A stretch of DNA of 64,000 nt, from the NCBI GenBank assembly GCA_002269645.1, contig NIVC01001287.1, forward strand, positions 1 to 64,000. Reading direction: 5' to 3'. This document shows positions 22,223 through 35,184 of the stretch, piece after piece. Below the pieces are notes generated by a model that was given only the letters and a program-made list of their open reading frames with translations, did not search any database and had not been told where the DNA came from. Position numbers and translations under genes: made by a program. Positions within the stretch are counted from its first letter, which is position 1. Each line of letters starts with the position of its first letter. The stretch is from Macrostomum lignano. Taxonomy: Eukaryota.

Positions 22223-25200
22223 TGGGTCATTGAGCACTTTACATTGTATAATTGTGTACATGTACGTGTAACTATACATGTACAATACATGTACACTGTA
22301 ACTTTAAACTGTATAATGACTTATTTGTTGTTATTTATAATATAATAAAATCTTTTTCAATTTTTAACTAATTTTATGTATTAGATTCAGTTGAAATTTT
22401 TATAAAACCCTATTTGTTTTACTTTTTAACATGTTAGCTTTATTGCCTCTAGTTAATAGACAACTTTTTATATTTTAAATTATATTTACTACAAGAGGAA
22501 AAAATGAATTAAAGGCACTGGGTAGAGCAAAACAGAAAAAAGAGTTTTACCATAACCCTCTATATATTTTAAGCATAATAAAGTGAATTCTTAGTTTTCA
22601 TAAATGTACTTTTCAACAAAAAAGTGACCAGTTTGGCAAAAAGATAGTAGGCTACCTGGCTATTTATTAACTTTTAATTGCAAATATAGCACTTTAGTGA
22701 TGTAGCTTTTAAGAATTATTCATTGACTGCCTTGCAAATACTTGCAGTTTGAAAATTTAAAACTCAACTTAGCTAGTAGCTTTATTATGTAAATGCAAAT
22801 TGCAATTGGTAGGTTAGGCATGATGGCATGGTTTTTCAATTACCCAGTTCCTAAATTGTAATTTAAAATCCTGCCATAATGGAATGGCACCTAATAAAAC
22901 TACATTTTACTAATCAAATAATGAAATTACCATAGAATAAAAAAAATAGTCTCTTTAAATTTTCGTTTCCTATTTTGACTTTTTTTCTAAAACAACAAAA
23001 ACTCTTTGCTGAAGCCAAAGCCAAAGCTTGGATCATACAATCTCAACAAATAGTTTGTTAAAATGGCCAGATTTAGATGAAATTGTGACACTTCTTGCCA
23101 ATATTGACTCACTAAAAACTCCTTTGTCAAAGTGGGTTGAAACCAATAAAACTGACTTTTAGGCTATGTTACAAAGGTTTTAGATATTTTAGGTATATTA
23201 GAAGTATGTTTCATAAATAAATAGGAATAAAAAGCTAAATCCAATATTGGGCACAATATTCAAAAAGTATTAATGGAAAGAAGTATTCTAATACCCTTTC
23301 TGAGAAAAATTGTTAAAAGTTTCTTTTTCTATTTTTCCAACAAAATTGTTAATACCTCAAAGTCCAATATTCAAATTTCAGTATTTTTGAATGATAGCTT
23401 TAGTTAAACATTAGCCTAATACCTAGTTTTTTGGAAAAGCCTATGTTGAACAAAAATGTTACATAATTTCAGCTTTTTAAACCTTTTCCTAAAGTTAAAA
23501 AAGCAAAAAAGTATACTTGGCATTTTTTTAAATTAAGAAACTTCAAGTAAAAGAAATGCCATTGTCTTTTGTCCTTATTTTTAAAGACTTGAAAGACATG
23601 TCCCCATGCCCTCCCTCTTTGGCTTATGCTCTTGCTCGCTTTATTTATTAGATAAACCTACAATAAGCTAAAGTGAATGCTTTTTGTTTGGTTATTAGAC
23701 ATAATCAATTAGACATACTCAATGATAATACTAATTACTACCAATAAGAAAAAGGAAAATATAGACTTCCCTTAGGCCTGCTCTCATCTATATAGATACT
23801 TAGACGGTAATTAGACCTAAGGCTATCATGGTCTATGGCCATCAGGCATTTTAGTCATCTACCCTACAGTCCAAATCATGTTTGGTGTACACCTAAACAA
23901 AAATTAAATAGCTACAAATTTATATAAAAAAATAATGTATGCCAACACTTTCAAATTTATACTTAATGTGGCAACAACAGATGACCTTTGTTTGCATTGC
24001 AACAATAAATGACATTTTTTGTATTGCAGGCAGAATCTTTTGGCAGATAATTTTGTTGCTCATTTATCTTTCTTGCCTCTACTATTGACAATAGAAAATC
24101 AATATATACAAACATTTGTTTAAATGCTTCATTACAAGCTTAAAGCTTAAAAACTAGAAAGCTTGAAACATGCTTAAAAATAAACTTTTTACTCTTTTTT
24201 TCATTTAATGCTAACTTTTCTGTGTGGTTCTATGAAGTGCATGCCAAGTATATATGCATATTATTTTTTTAATCTTAGAAGTCATGTATACCAACTATGC
24301 ATATCCAACTATTGGAATAGAAGCCTATTTATATACAAATTTTTGGCTGCTGGTCATTTTGAAAATAGACATTTCAGTGACAAATAGTTATTTTTGTGAC
24401 AAGTTTCATTGGTGACAGATTACACTTTAGCTTTTGTAAAAAATGAATATATTATATTCTATAACTATAGTCATTTTAGTGACAAGAGGTGCTTTATAAA
24501 TTTTAGTTTGTAGTTTTTTGTTAAGATTTGTTTTGTATTTTTTAAATGTGTCAATTGCTTATATATTTATATTTGCATTGTATTTATAAAATTAAGAAAA
24601 TATTAATTTTATTGTTTTTCATGCAGTTTGTTTTAGAATTTCATAGAATACTTAGCCACAAACTATAAACATATTTAAAAATCTTTATCATGGAATGCTA
24701 TCATACATGCGCAATAGTTGGCTGATCTGGCCAATCTAGCCAATTGATTTGGCAGCCAACCAAAGTAAGTTGCAAAAATGCCTGCCTCAAAGAATGCAGA
24801 CGTAACTCTGTACCTGCCAGATGTATTGGTTTCCCGACAGACATTCAGACAGACATTCAGAAATCGTTTATTAAATGTTTAACAAAATTGTCTATTTATT
24901 ACGCAAGATACTGTGAATTTATAGAAACTTTTACGCATGTCTCTGCTTTAAAAAGACACCTCAGACACATACAAAGACGCTTCACAAGCTGAGATATTCC
25001 CTAGCAACTGTTGTTACGACGTTTCCCAATATACCGAATACTGTATATAGTAGTTTTTTGAGAAGCCACTACATTGTCCCACTTTGGTCTTTCTGCATGA
25101 AATTTGCACAGCTGTTTTACGCATGTCTCTGCTTTAAAAAGACACCTCAGACACACACAAAGACGCTTCACAAGCTGAGATATTCCCTAGCAACTGTTGT

Positions 25201-25986
25201 TACGACGTTTCCCAATATACCGAATACTGTATATAGTAGTTTTTTGAGAAGCCACTACATTGTCCCACTTTGGTTTTTCTGCATGAAATTTGCACAGCTG
25301 TTTTACGCATGTCTCTGCTTTAAAAAGACACCTCAGACACACACAAAGACGCTTCACAAGCTGAGATATTCCCTAGCAACTGTTGTTACGACGTTTCCCA
25401 ATATACCGAATACTGTATATAGTAGTTTTTTGAGAAGCCACTACATCGTCCCACTTTGGTCTTTCTGCATGAAATTTGCACAGCTGTTTTACGCATGTCT
25501 CTGCTTTAAAAAGACACCTCAGACACACACAAAGACGCTTCACAAGCTGAGATATTTCCTAGCAAATGTTTTTACAACATTTTGATGAGGACGCACTTTT
25601 TCCCAAATCCCGCGCTAGCACATGGACAGTCGCGTGGCAGTTGCTGAGAGTCACATGGCGGTTGCTGAGAGTCGCGTGGCGGTTGCTGAGAGTCGCGTGG
25701 CGGTTGCTGAGACTTGCGTGGCGGTTGCTGAGAGTCGAGTGGCGATTTTGGAAACTCACAGGGGGGAGGCTGTGACTTTGTTCGTGGTGTCTGCCTACTG
25801 TTTGAGTATCTGCATCGTTTTTTGCCCCAGCTTTCTTCAGCCCCATCAGCTGTCTCCGCCGCGGCCTTCCTTTTTTGTTGGCAAAATCGTGGTGGAGCAA
25901 CTTGCCGAAGTAATTTCGCCTCCTTTATCCTTTCATGACAGAAACTTGCGGTTAATTTCGAGAACTCTGCGACAGAGACGGGTAGC

Positions 25987-28288
25987 CAGTGTTGCTACAG
26001 GCATTTGAAAAAAAATAGACGCAGCCGATAAAAAAAACGCAGGCAGTACTAAAAATTATAATGAAGCTCAGAACTACTCTATTGTACATTCATGCCTCTG
26101 CCCTGCCTACGTGGGTGTGCTCTGTGTTTTTGCATATGTACACGGCACCGTGTAAAGCAACAATTTTCTTAACAAATCCGAAGCCTGCTGTCCTTAATTT
26201 TTAGATGCGAACTGCTAGTAAATTACATGTTAGATGCCAGTCAGTAGCCAATACAAGTATTAAGAAGCTGTTCTCGAGTTGCACAACTGCAGGCTGTACC
26301 CTTGTCTGTTGAGCAAATAATGATGAACGACATCAAGGAGTTCGAGGAACAAATTTACATTGCACTATTAGTAGAATACAGAGAAATGATCTAGGCCCTG
26401 AAACATCCTAGCACTGTGCCCTGGACATACAACTATACTGTATAAATGCACACAAGTGACTAGCAGCCCTAGGATGATTAACAACAAGATACATTAGCAA
26501 CGAAACATGTTCTTATATCTAATGCATAATAGAAAATCACGACGATGCTGAGCAATACGATAGTAAAAAGGCTGAGAGTACATCAGTACATTTTTTTCCA
26601 AAATCAACACGGCTACCAGCCAACCAGCAGATGTCATAAATGGTCACATGCAAAAATTTATGTATTTCCTCTTTAATCAGCAGCGGCCAGCGAGTGCACA
26701 AAAATTGGCCGATGGATATTGGCTAACAGACAAACTAGGATACGCAACTTATCCTGCACTTATTGGGTTGTCCAGAAAGTTCTGTCCGATTTTTTCACAT
26801 GGTCTAACTTCCTTATACTAAAACTTTACTTATCTATTATCCATTGTTGTTCATATTTGCCTATTAGCAATACATGTTACTCACCTTTCTACCACCACCT
26901 GCATCTAACTGAAAGTTGCTTCTTTCCAGCAAAGAATGGCACATGATAAGGAGCACCTTTTGCACTGCTTGCTCTATCTATCTATTCCGCGCCATTGACC
27001 GGCATCTGCAAGGCAAGAGCTTCGACAACGAACTGGCCCTCATCTCGGAGATCGGCAACTTTTTCGACTCTCGGCCAGAGCAGTTCTACAGGGACGGCGT
27101 TGGTTCCCTGCCACACCACACCGCTGGCGACAGGTGGTGGACTGTGGACACCGATGTCGCATACATTACCGACTGAAACCAGGTTATTCATGAAAAATAG
27201 TCGAACGAACATTTGTATAAAAAAATTGACAGAACTTTCTAGACATTGGACAACCTATACATATAAGAGCGACAGTGAGTACGTATACATGCAATATGTG
27301 TATCTCGATCGATGGCCAATGCAAACATACATGGAAACAGCACGACAACAACAATGCAACAACTTGAAGAATAAATGTAAAAATTCATGTCATCTGTTAC
27401 TCTTTCAGTTCTCACTGTCTCTACCCTCTCAGTCACTCAAAGAGCAACTGAGATAGCTGTTCGTAATAAAATGCATGTAAAATAAAACTGATGCCTAGAT
27501 CATACCTGGATGCATCTTTGTTGCAAACCCTGTATCCCCATATGCAGTGTTTGGCAAAGTTCATTTTTGGAAAAGTTCAATTCATTTTTAAAATGATATT
27601 GAAAGAATAGCAGAATGAGATCATTTTTAACTGTTTGGCAGTAGAATGAGGTAAAGAAATGGTTGTTACTCGAGCATGACTGACCAAGTAGGAAATGCCC
27701 TTGCATAAAGTTCAAAAGTTCGTTGTACGAAAGTTCTTTTTTCGTGAACTTGCCCAACACTGCCTATCTATTTATGTCTATGTAAGCCCAAAAATCATTG
27801 TTACCAAAAGTTACCGGCGTCACTTTTTGAAATAACTGGCGATGGTAGACTTGGTTGCCTTCTCCTCCAACTTTCTCTTTTTCTCTTTGAGGCCCTCAGT
27901 CTCCTTCTCCAGTGTCTTGCGCTCAATCGCTAGGGCAGCTACCTGTCGCTGATATTCGTCAAGCATTGCGGCAGCTCTGTCCGCTTGCGCATCTACCTCC
28001 AGTCTCCTCTTCCGTATGCTCTCCTCCTTTGCCTGCAACTGTGCAGTGTGTTGCCTTCTTAATTTCCTGTGCAATTTCTACTGCCAACTCTCTCTCCTTT
28101 GCCAACTTCTTCTGCTTCTCCTCATTCTCCTCCCGCTGCCGCTCCAGGTGCTGCTTCCAGCTGTGCCGAGCATGAAAGCTAGCAAGTAAAAACGCAGAAT
28201 GAAAAAAAACGCAGAAAAAAACGCACAAACGCAGATTTTTCAAAGAAAAAACGCAGCTGCGTTAAAAACGCAGCCTGTAGCAACACTA
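25987..28288. mobile_element. Non-autonomous hAT-type element nested in the MULE transposase
   Basis: TIRs CAGTGTTGCTACAGGC / GCCTGTAGCAACACTA; 8-bp TSD CGGGTAGC at 25979-25986 and 28289-28296; AAACGCAG subterminal repeats at both ends; frameshifted coiled-coil ORF remnant 27820-28243. Confidence 0.88.
26763..27257 (+). mobile_element. Internally deleted mariner element nested in the hAT element
   Basis: TA|TTGGGTTGTCCAGAAAGTTCTGTC..GACAGAACTTTCT..GGACAACCTA|TA; mariner N-terminus MAHDKEHLLHCLLY (ATG 26936) fused to C-terminus YLFRAIDRHLQGKSF..FFDSRPEQFYRDGVGSLP. Confidence 0.85.
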
Positions 28289-30267
28289 CGGGTAGCTGAA
28301 ATTTGGATTTTATTCTCTTAAACCAGCTCTCAATGTGAGCATTTGAAAAAGGAGACTTCACGCGGCTTTCCAAGAATTCATGGTTCCAGACGCAGGCAGC
28401 CCATAAGGGAAAGTAGGAGAGGTATCGGATGACAAACATTTCGACTATTTCCGGTGAATGCAATTCGTTATCGATAGCAACTTCCTCCACTTCCACAGTG
28501 CTATTAGCGATTGATGTCCTCCATGCATTAAAGTACTCATAAAAGGGCGATCGTTTGTATAATGAACTAATCGTTTCGTCCTCATTAGTACTGTCATTGT
28601 CTTCGTGATCTCCTTCCTCTGACTGTCCGTCTGAGTTGGTCCCTTGCTCATCATCTTTGCTGTTATAGGGTTTGGACATTATACGCTGGCATACTTTTGC
28701 AGACTTTGTCAAAAAAATGTTCATTGCATCCCGAATTGTTGACTTAACTTCTTTTACAACCTTAATAGTCATAACTCTGTAGAAGTATCTCAAAAAAGTG
28801 TCCCTGATTCGATTTGAATACTTCTTCTGCTTTAGATACCGGCTTACTGAATGCATTAGATGATTTGTACAGAGCATTACCCCGTAACTGTGACAGAAGT
28901 GTTGGCTTTTTCGGAAATAGTGATATTGCATATTTAAATACGTCTCCAAATCGCATTGGTGGAATTCAAAGCAGCTATATATCAGTGCCCAGGAAAAGTC
29001 TGTCACCCATAGGATTGGTACGTAGGCTTGCCTAAACCGTGACATCATGTTGATGATATGATGGCGCAGAACACGCAAGAAATGTGCTATTGATGCGACA
29101 GAATGTCCGTTTGTAATGCAGTCTGCTATTGAGACAGATTTCACGCGGTTGGTAGCTGTTGTTACAATAGAGTACAGGAATACGCGTCCGATATAATCCG
29201 CTTTTTTAATTATCGATCCGGTGGCGTTAATATGAAGAACATTAAGCTCATTTTCCTGTATTAGGTCGATTAAATATTGCAGTTGGTAACCAGAGTACAA
29301 AACGACACGCAGGGGATCAGCGCAGCGCTCTCTAACTATTCCCGGCAAGTACTCGTGTGGGTATTCTTCTTGTAGAGCAGTCTGCATAATGAGTAATTCC
29401 ATATTAACGTCCTTATGTAGTAATTTCGCCTCATTTACCTTTTTGGCTATTCTTTCCATTACAAATTTCGATTTGCATGAGTCAAAGTTTTTGCTCAAGA
29501 CGTGACGCATGTGCTGATCTTCATTGGACAGCTTTCGATGCGCTCCAGACGCCCCATGCTCTGCGACAAGTTTTGTGAAATTTTCTTCCTCATCCTCTGT
29601 TATTCTTCTAAAAGTTGATGATTCGGCTTTCGAGTGGTCAAAGAGACCTCATCCGATGACGTGCCACTCCCAGCGTTCTCGCGATTGGGGTTCTTCCTTC
29701 ATTACAAAAGTAAGTTCTCTCTTGCACCCCTGCATCTTGCACGCAGCCCAAATAAAGCACAAATTTATGTGGTTGCACAAAAATGGCACACTGGTAGTCA
29801 GACACGAAGCCTGCAGAAAATCAGCCTTCAAAAATTTTTCCGTAGTTCGTGAGTGCCGAGTCCTTCTTCTCGCACTACAGTGGTCCTTGCCTATATAGCC
29901 ATTCGTAGACGTCAGTCTCTCACAAAGCCAAAAAATATGCTTATATGCTTACTTCTTCCTTGGTAGGGAAACTCATTGAGATGGTGACCAGGAACAAAGG
30001 CTTCTCAAAAAACTACTATATACAGTATTCGGTATATTGGGAAACGTCGTAACAACAGTTGCTAGGGAATATCTCAGCTTGTGAAGCGTCTTTGTGTGTG
30101 TCTGAGGTGTCTTTTTAAAGCAGAGACATGCGTAAAAGTTTCTATAAATTCACAGTATCTTGCGTAATAAATAGACAATTTTGTTAAACATTTAATAAAC
30201 GATTTCTGAATGTCTGTCTGAATGTCTGTCGGGAAACCAATACATACCTGCCAGTATACACTAACAC

Positions 30268-30862
30268 CCACACTCAGGAAGGTGTACATTATGGCGGAAA
30301 ATTCCGGCACACATCAACGAAAAATACGCGCAAAGTGGCGCACACGGCGCACAACAAAGGCTTAGCAGAAGTTTTTAGCGCACAGTGGCACACAGCAAAA
30401 CCTGATAAAAAAAATTTAGCTCACATTGAGTCACCTAAATGTATAATCTGCATATGCAGTGCGTAAAATATGCTTTAAGATTACGTTTTTTCCTAGCATA
30501 TCAATAAAAAAATTGTTTCTTGGTAAGTAAAACGAATAATAAAATTCAAAATTGGATTTTAACGTAAAGTTAGAGCTATTTCTTTTGATGTTTCTCTACG
30601 TAAGCTAAAATAAAGCAAAAGTTTTGAGTTGAAAAAAACCTACATAATGTACGAAAATTTATCCATTTTTTTAGTTTTGTTTTAATTGGACTTTTATTGA
30701 GTTTGTAGTGCTATGGCGCATTAGTACTCTAGCTATATATTTGTCAATAAACGAATGTAGACCTTGGCGCAGAAATTCATATTTTAGCTTTGCGCACAGC
30801 GCACACTCCAAAAATACGCTGAAATATATTCCCGCACACACGTGACACCTTCTTGAGTGTGG
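30268..30862. mobile_element. 595-bp MITE with 18-bp TIRs and 8-bp TSD
   Basis: TIRs CCACACTCAGGAAGGTGT / ACACCTTCTTGAGTGTGG; TSD ACTAACAC at 30260-30267 and 30863-30870. Confidence 0.85.
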
Positions 30863-32249
30863 ACTAACACTAGGGCCTAATACATGATCCAAACTATAAG
30901 CTCAACTTAGCCTTGACAAATATACAAGCTGCTAAAATTAAAATAGGCCCTAGTGGATTTATTTATTTAGTTTATACCAAATATTTTTATATAGGAATAA
31001 ATTGTCACTAGGGCCTAGACCCTACTACTAGTACTAGGCACCTATGGGTATGGCCATGCCATGCACATGGGTTGACTTAGATAGTAGGCCTGGCTGTTTA
31101 TCACACACCTTTTTACTCTACAACTTTACTTACAGAGTAGGCCCTACTTTCTCTTATTTAAAATTATATAACTATAAATACAAGCTAAGCTTAGCCTTAG
31201 CGCCTATTTAACTTAGTTAGCGAGTCCTGTGAGCATATACAAGGTAGGAAAAATTAAAAAATGTAAAAAAGGTATCAACTTTAAACATGAATAAAATAAA
31301 AACTAGGCCTATACACAGTATAAAGAAGCCACAACCCACAATATAAACTAAAAAGCTGATGAATGCTTCTTTCTGGTGAGTGTCTGATTGCTTAAATCAT
31401 GCAAGTATGAAAAAGTTACATTTGGTTAAACTTTATACATTTTGTACTTAATTTACAAAATGAAGCAAAGCTATATTTTGAAGTATGTTAAATATTTTCC
31501 ATCCAGCGGCTCAATATAATAATTCTCGTAGGCCTATGAATCAATGGCTCGTGCACATTGATATCTATCTGCAATCCATCACTTTTAAAACACTACAGAA
31601 AGAACAAAGTATAACAAAATGACAAAAACTTGTTTATGTTTTTAAGATCCTCAAATATATTTGCAATGTACGCTTGGATATTTCAAACTTCTTTACGACT
31701 AGGGCATAACTTTTTTATAATTTACAAACTAAAAAATGCAATTTTAAACGATGAATTAAGCCGGCCGCCGACACCAAATTTTCGTCATGCTGCATTTTCG
31801 GTGCCGAGCTGAGAGGACGAGGAGAGGGATAGAGGCAAGATGATGGTCTCGAAATAGTATCCAATATCATTTACGGCATAAATTAGAATTTAAGAAAGGA
31901 TCGGCCTATATTTTGTATCCTATTCGTATTAAACTATAAATTTAACTTCTCAAAACTTACTGATTACTCTGACTGCATCTCTCTACGAGCTACATAGAGC
32001 GAATCCTCACTCGTGGGTTCAACCGTCGGGTCTCCTCTTCTTGATGATGCAGTGTGGTCTGCTCTCGAACTAGTCCTACTGTCAGTGCTCTGCTGGTCGG
32101 AGCTCACATTCCCGTCAGCTGCCGGTGCCGCGCCGGCAGGTCTGTAGCCAGGCGAATGCGCGGCACTGGAGACACGCACTGCTCAGACAGGCGCTCGGTG
32201 GGGGCGGCAGCTCACTGCCGGGCTGTCTTCGTTGCACTTGTTTGGCAGT

Positions 32250-34475
32250 TCATTTGTCCGCGGTCAGACGAAGCATGCAGCTGCTGCTGCAGTGCGCGAT
32301 CAACACCTTTCGTCGCTGCATGGCTTGATCTGCAAGTCGTGAATAGGCTAGAGGTGGAGGCGGTGTTGCTGGTTTATAACACACACTCACAATTCTTCTC
32401 ACCTCCTGCCTGCTGCGCGGTGGGGGTCCTGCCGCGCTTGCTGCAGAGCTTGTCATACGCTAGAGCATCAGGCTGGGTTCCGAGGAAAAATTCGATTTTT
32501 CCGGAAGCCAGCCATGATGTTCTGCGTGAAGTAGTCCTCTCTGTCGGAGCAATCTCCACGAATCGCAACTTGCTGGTGACAGATCGAGTCTCCGATCGCA
32601 GACCTCCCGGGACCTGTAGGCCAGAAGCTCAATCGCGCTATCCCATTTGACGGGGCGAAACACAGCGAGGTCCAGAGGCTGCAAGATGTGCGTCGCGCGT
32701 TCGTCACCATGCAGCCCCGTACAGAACAGCCTGTCTGTTGCCTCAGGTACTCCAGAACCTCAAGCGATAATACCGGAGACGTGCAAATCTGTGAAAAGGA
32801 CAACAGAATTAAAGAATTTTGTTCTAGATAGGGCATTAAATGTATTTTGTGATGACATGGGGAAATTCTGGCCTTTTCTCTCGGAGTGCGGGCTTGCCTT
32901 CTGACCCCCGCTGTGGTCGCCAACCCACTCGCGTACGACTCAGAGTCGGGGGGATCAGGCAGTTGGAGCGGCTCGACTGCCTCCAGCACGCGTACGACGC
33001 GGTACCGCGGTGTCGGGGGTGGTTTTGAGACAGCTAGGCTCCAATTCCGCCTAAGGCCCTAAGCAGCCAACCCCTAAGAACAACGTACGGCAGAAAAGTC
33101 TCACGGTTTCGGGTGATGCGCGGTCTATTTCCCCGCCACGCAGAACGGCGCGGCGCAGTCGCACTGAGAACCCATGGCAGAATCGCAGAGAACAGGTAAG
33201 ACGCACAGGAAAACACAGAGAGCAATGACCGGGCGTGGCCGCAAGTCAAGGCGGGGCGCAACAGTTCCAAAAAACCTCAACATGGGCCCCACGTAAAATA
33301 GACAGGCGGAGGGGGCGGGGGGGGGGGGGCAAGTGGTGGCCTACGTACACGGCTAAGCGAGGCCAACCCTACAATCAGCGCTAGGGAGGGGTGGGCCCAG
33401 CCAATCAGCCGGCTCCACGGCTCAGACAATAACATGACTCCCCCGGCTAAGACCAAACGCTGGCTGCACGCAGGTTTACTCATACTCCAAAGGCAGAGTT
33501 AGAAAACTACTATAGGGGTGGGCCGTTTTTCACCGGACACCGGCGCGTGCGAGGAGAGAAATATATGTAAATAAACAACGCGGGAAAGGACCACGCGTCC
33601 TTTTGAATGGGCTAGGAGATGTGTACTCACCACAGTTTTTTTTATAAATTCCTCAAACCCAGCGGTGGTCATCCACCCGGTGAAAAAGAATAATGGCAAT
33701 CAACAGGATAACCATCCATTCGATGCTGCGTCCTTTCTGGGAAAACCTTCCTTCCTTCCTTTCTCTGCCAGCACAGCGTGAGACTTTAATCCCTGCGGCA
33801 CTGCGATCTCGTGACGGATCTTGCAGCGCGCCGTCGAGTAGATCATCCTCGGCCTCCGAATGCGGCCTCCGTCACAATCGCCCGGGCAGGATTAATAACC
33901 GCCTGCGGCGTTCGCTGAGCGATGTCGGGATGGCGCAAATGAAATCCGGTAATCCAGCCTTAGCTTCGACAGTCCGGCTAGTTTGGCCTGACAAGCAAGT
34001 ATAGAATATTCATTGAGATTGAGGAGATATAGAAAGGTGACTAACTGAGAGATAGACAGGCAGCTGACAGAGAATTTAAGAGTGAGAGCTGTTTGAAGTT
34101 AGGAAGGCTTCATATTATATTACTGGGGCCTACCTTGGTTGCGTCGCGCAAACCGGCCGCGCTCCTCTTTAAAAGCGCCAATCTTGCGGACGGTCTCGCA
34201 TGCAGCTGCTTCCTCGTGATGGGCACCTGCTGTCGAGCGGCCTGCTTGATGGCATCGCAGAAAGTTCGCTCCTCGGCCTGCGTCAAACACCGCTTGGTAG
34301 TAATGTCACCGTCAGACTGTTCATCAGCTTGCGAGTTCTTCATAAACGGTTGGAGGTAGGTACGGAACATTTTTGAGCAATTTTTCGATAATTGCACTCT
34401 GCCAGTACGAATTCTTTCAATCACACTGTCCACTGCGGCTTGGATTCTCTTATGCTTGCTTCTTATGGCTGCCAT
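32250..34475 (-). pseudogene. Decayed pogo/Fot1-like (DDE_1) transposase with spliceosomal introns
   Basis: CENP-B-type HTH KRCLTQAEERTFCDAIKQAARQQVPITRKQL; GWITGFHLRHPDIAQRTPQ..PARA; GWMTTAGFEEFI; SLEVLEYLRQQ; THILQPLDLAVFRPVK; NIMAGFRKNRIFPRNP. Several frameshifts; candidate introns 33988-34133 and 32789-33630. Confidence 0.78.
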
Positions 34476-35184
34476 ATCTCTTGTTCTGTTAATTTAGAAA
34501 TAGTAAAATTTAAAACAACTTTAAATATAGTTTATATACAGATTGCATGCGCTACACACAGACAGAAATATTAACTAGGTTAGCCTAAGTATCCCTGGAG
34601 CACATGCAGCTAGAATTATTGATTTGATTAAGCCGAAGCCTCAAGTTCACTACCATATCTAGACTATAATAAGACCTTAATTAGCTATTTGAGTTTATAA
34701 GCAAATAAATTTAAGCTTAATGAGTTATTACGTTATTTGACCTAGACTAGACTAAGCCCATATGAATAAAAAGTCAATAATTAGAAACAAAAGATTTAAG
34801 TTTCTTGAAAGCAGCAAATATCCAGATGTTCGATCTCCAAGCAAATTCTTATTATTTTTTACACTAAAATTTAATACTCGACTAGAGGGCTCGGTCCTCA
34901 AGCTGGTGCCCCAGGCCCATAGACCCGGGTTTACGTACTGACACTGGCTACGGTCGATTCCACCGAACCGCGTACGACGCAGAGTCGGTTGGGACTAGGC
35001 GGATCAAGCATACGACGCACACTGGTTGAGGTTGGAATTGGCGTACTCTAGGGTGCTCTAGGGTGCTCTAGGGTGCCTAAGACTGGCCCAAAACAAAGGA
35101 GAAATATATGCAGAGTCAAAGGCTTACCAGTTGGAGGTACGGCACGAAGAGCAGCGTAGACAAGGCCGGATCACCGGCGATATT

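Larger units (their letters stand above)
25572..29831 (-). pseudogene. MULE transposase, disrupted (in-frame TGA, first catalytic D->N, hAT insertion)
   Basis: ORF 28179-29510 has LHINATGS, WVTDFSWAL, LCTNHL and NAHIESWFKRIK. ORF 29649-29831 is in the same frame, separated by TGA 29649-29651. After removing 25987-28288 plus one TSD, the frame continues QLPVSVAEF..AEESWGKKR..VLIKML* to 25572. Confidence 0.85.
24821..30245 (-). mobile_element. Mutator/Foldback-like DNA transposon with ~250-bp TIRs and 9-bp TSD
   Basis: TSD ACCTGCCAG at 24812-24820 and 30246-30254; TIRs ATGTATTGGTTTCCCGACAG.. (24821-~25070) and its reverse complement (~29998-30245); 177-bp subterminal tandem repeats on the left; MULE-type transposase inside. 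Confidence 0.92.

Noticed and set aside
25058-25585. 175-aa ORF with a 59-aa repeat
   Set aside because: It is the 177-bp subterminal repeat of the MULE; no protein-family motif
29524-29898. 124-aa plus-strand ORF
   Set aside because: Antisense to the MULE transposase N-terminal frame
32100-32240. PHD finger at the pogo transposase C-terminus
   Set aside because: Cys-rich in one frame, but the spacing does not fit C4HC3
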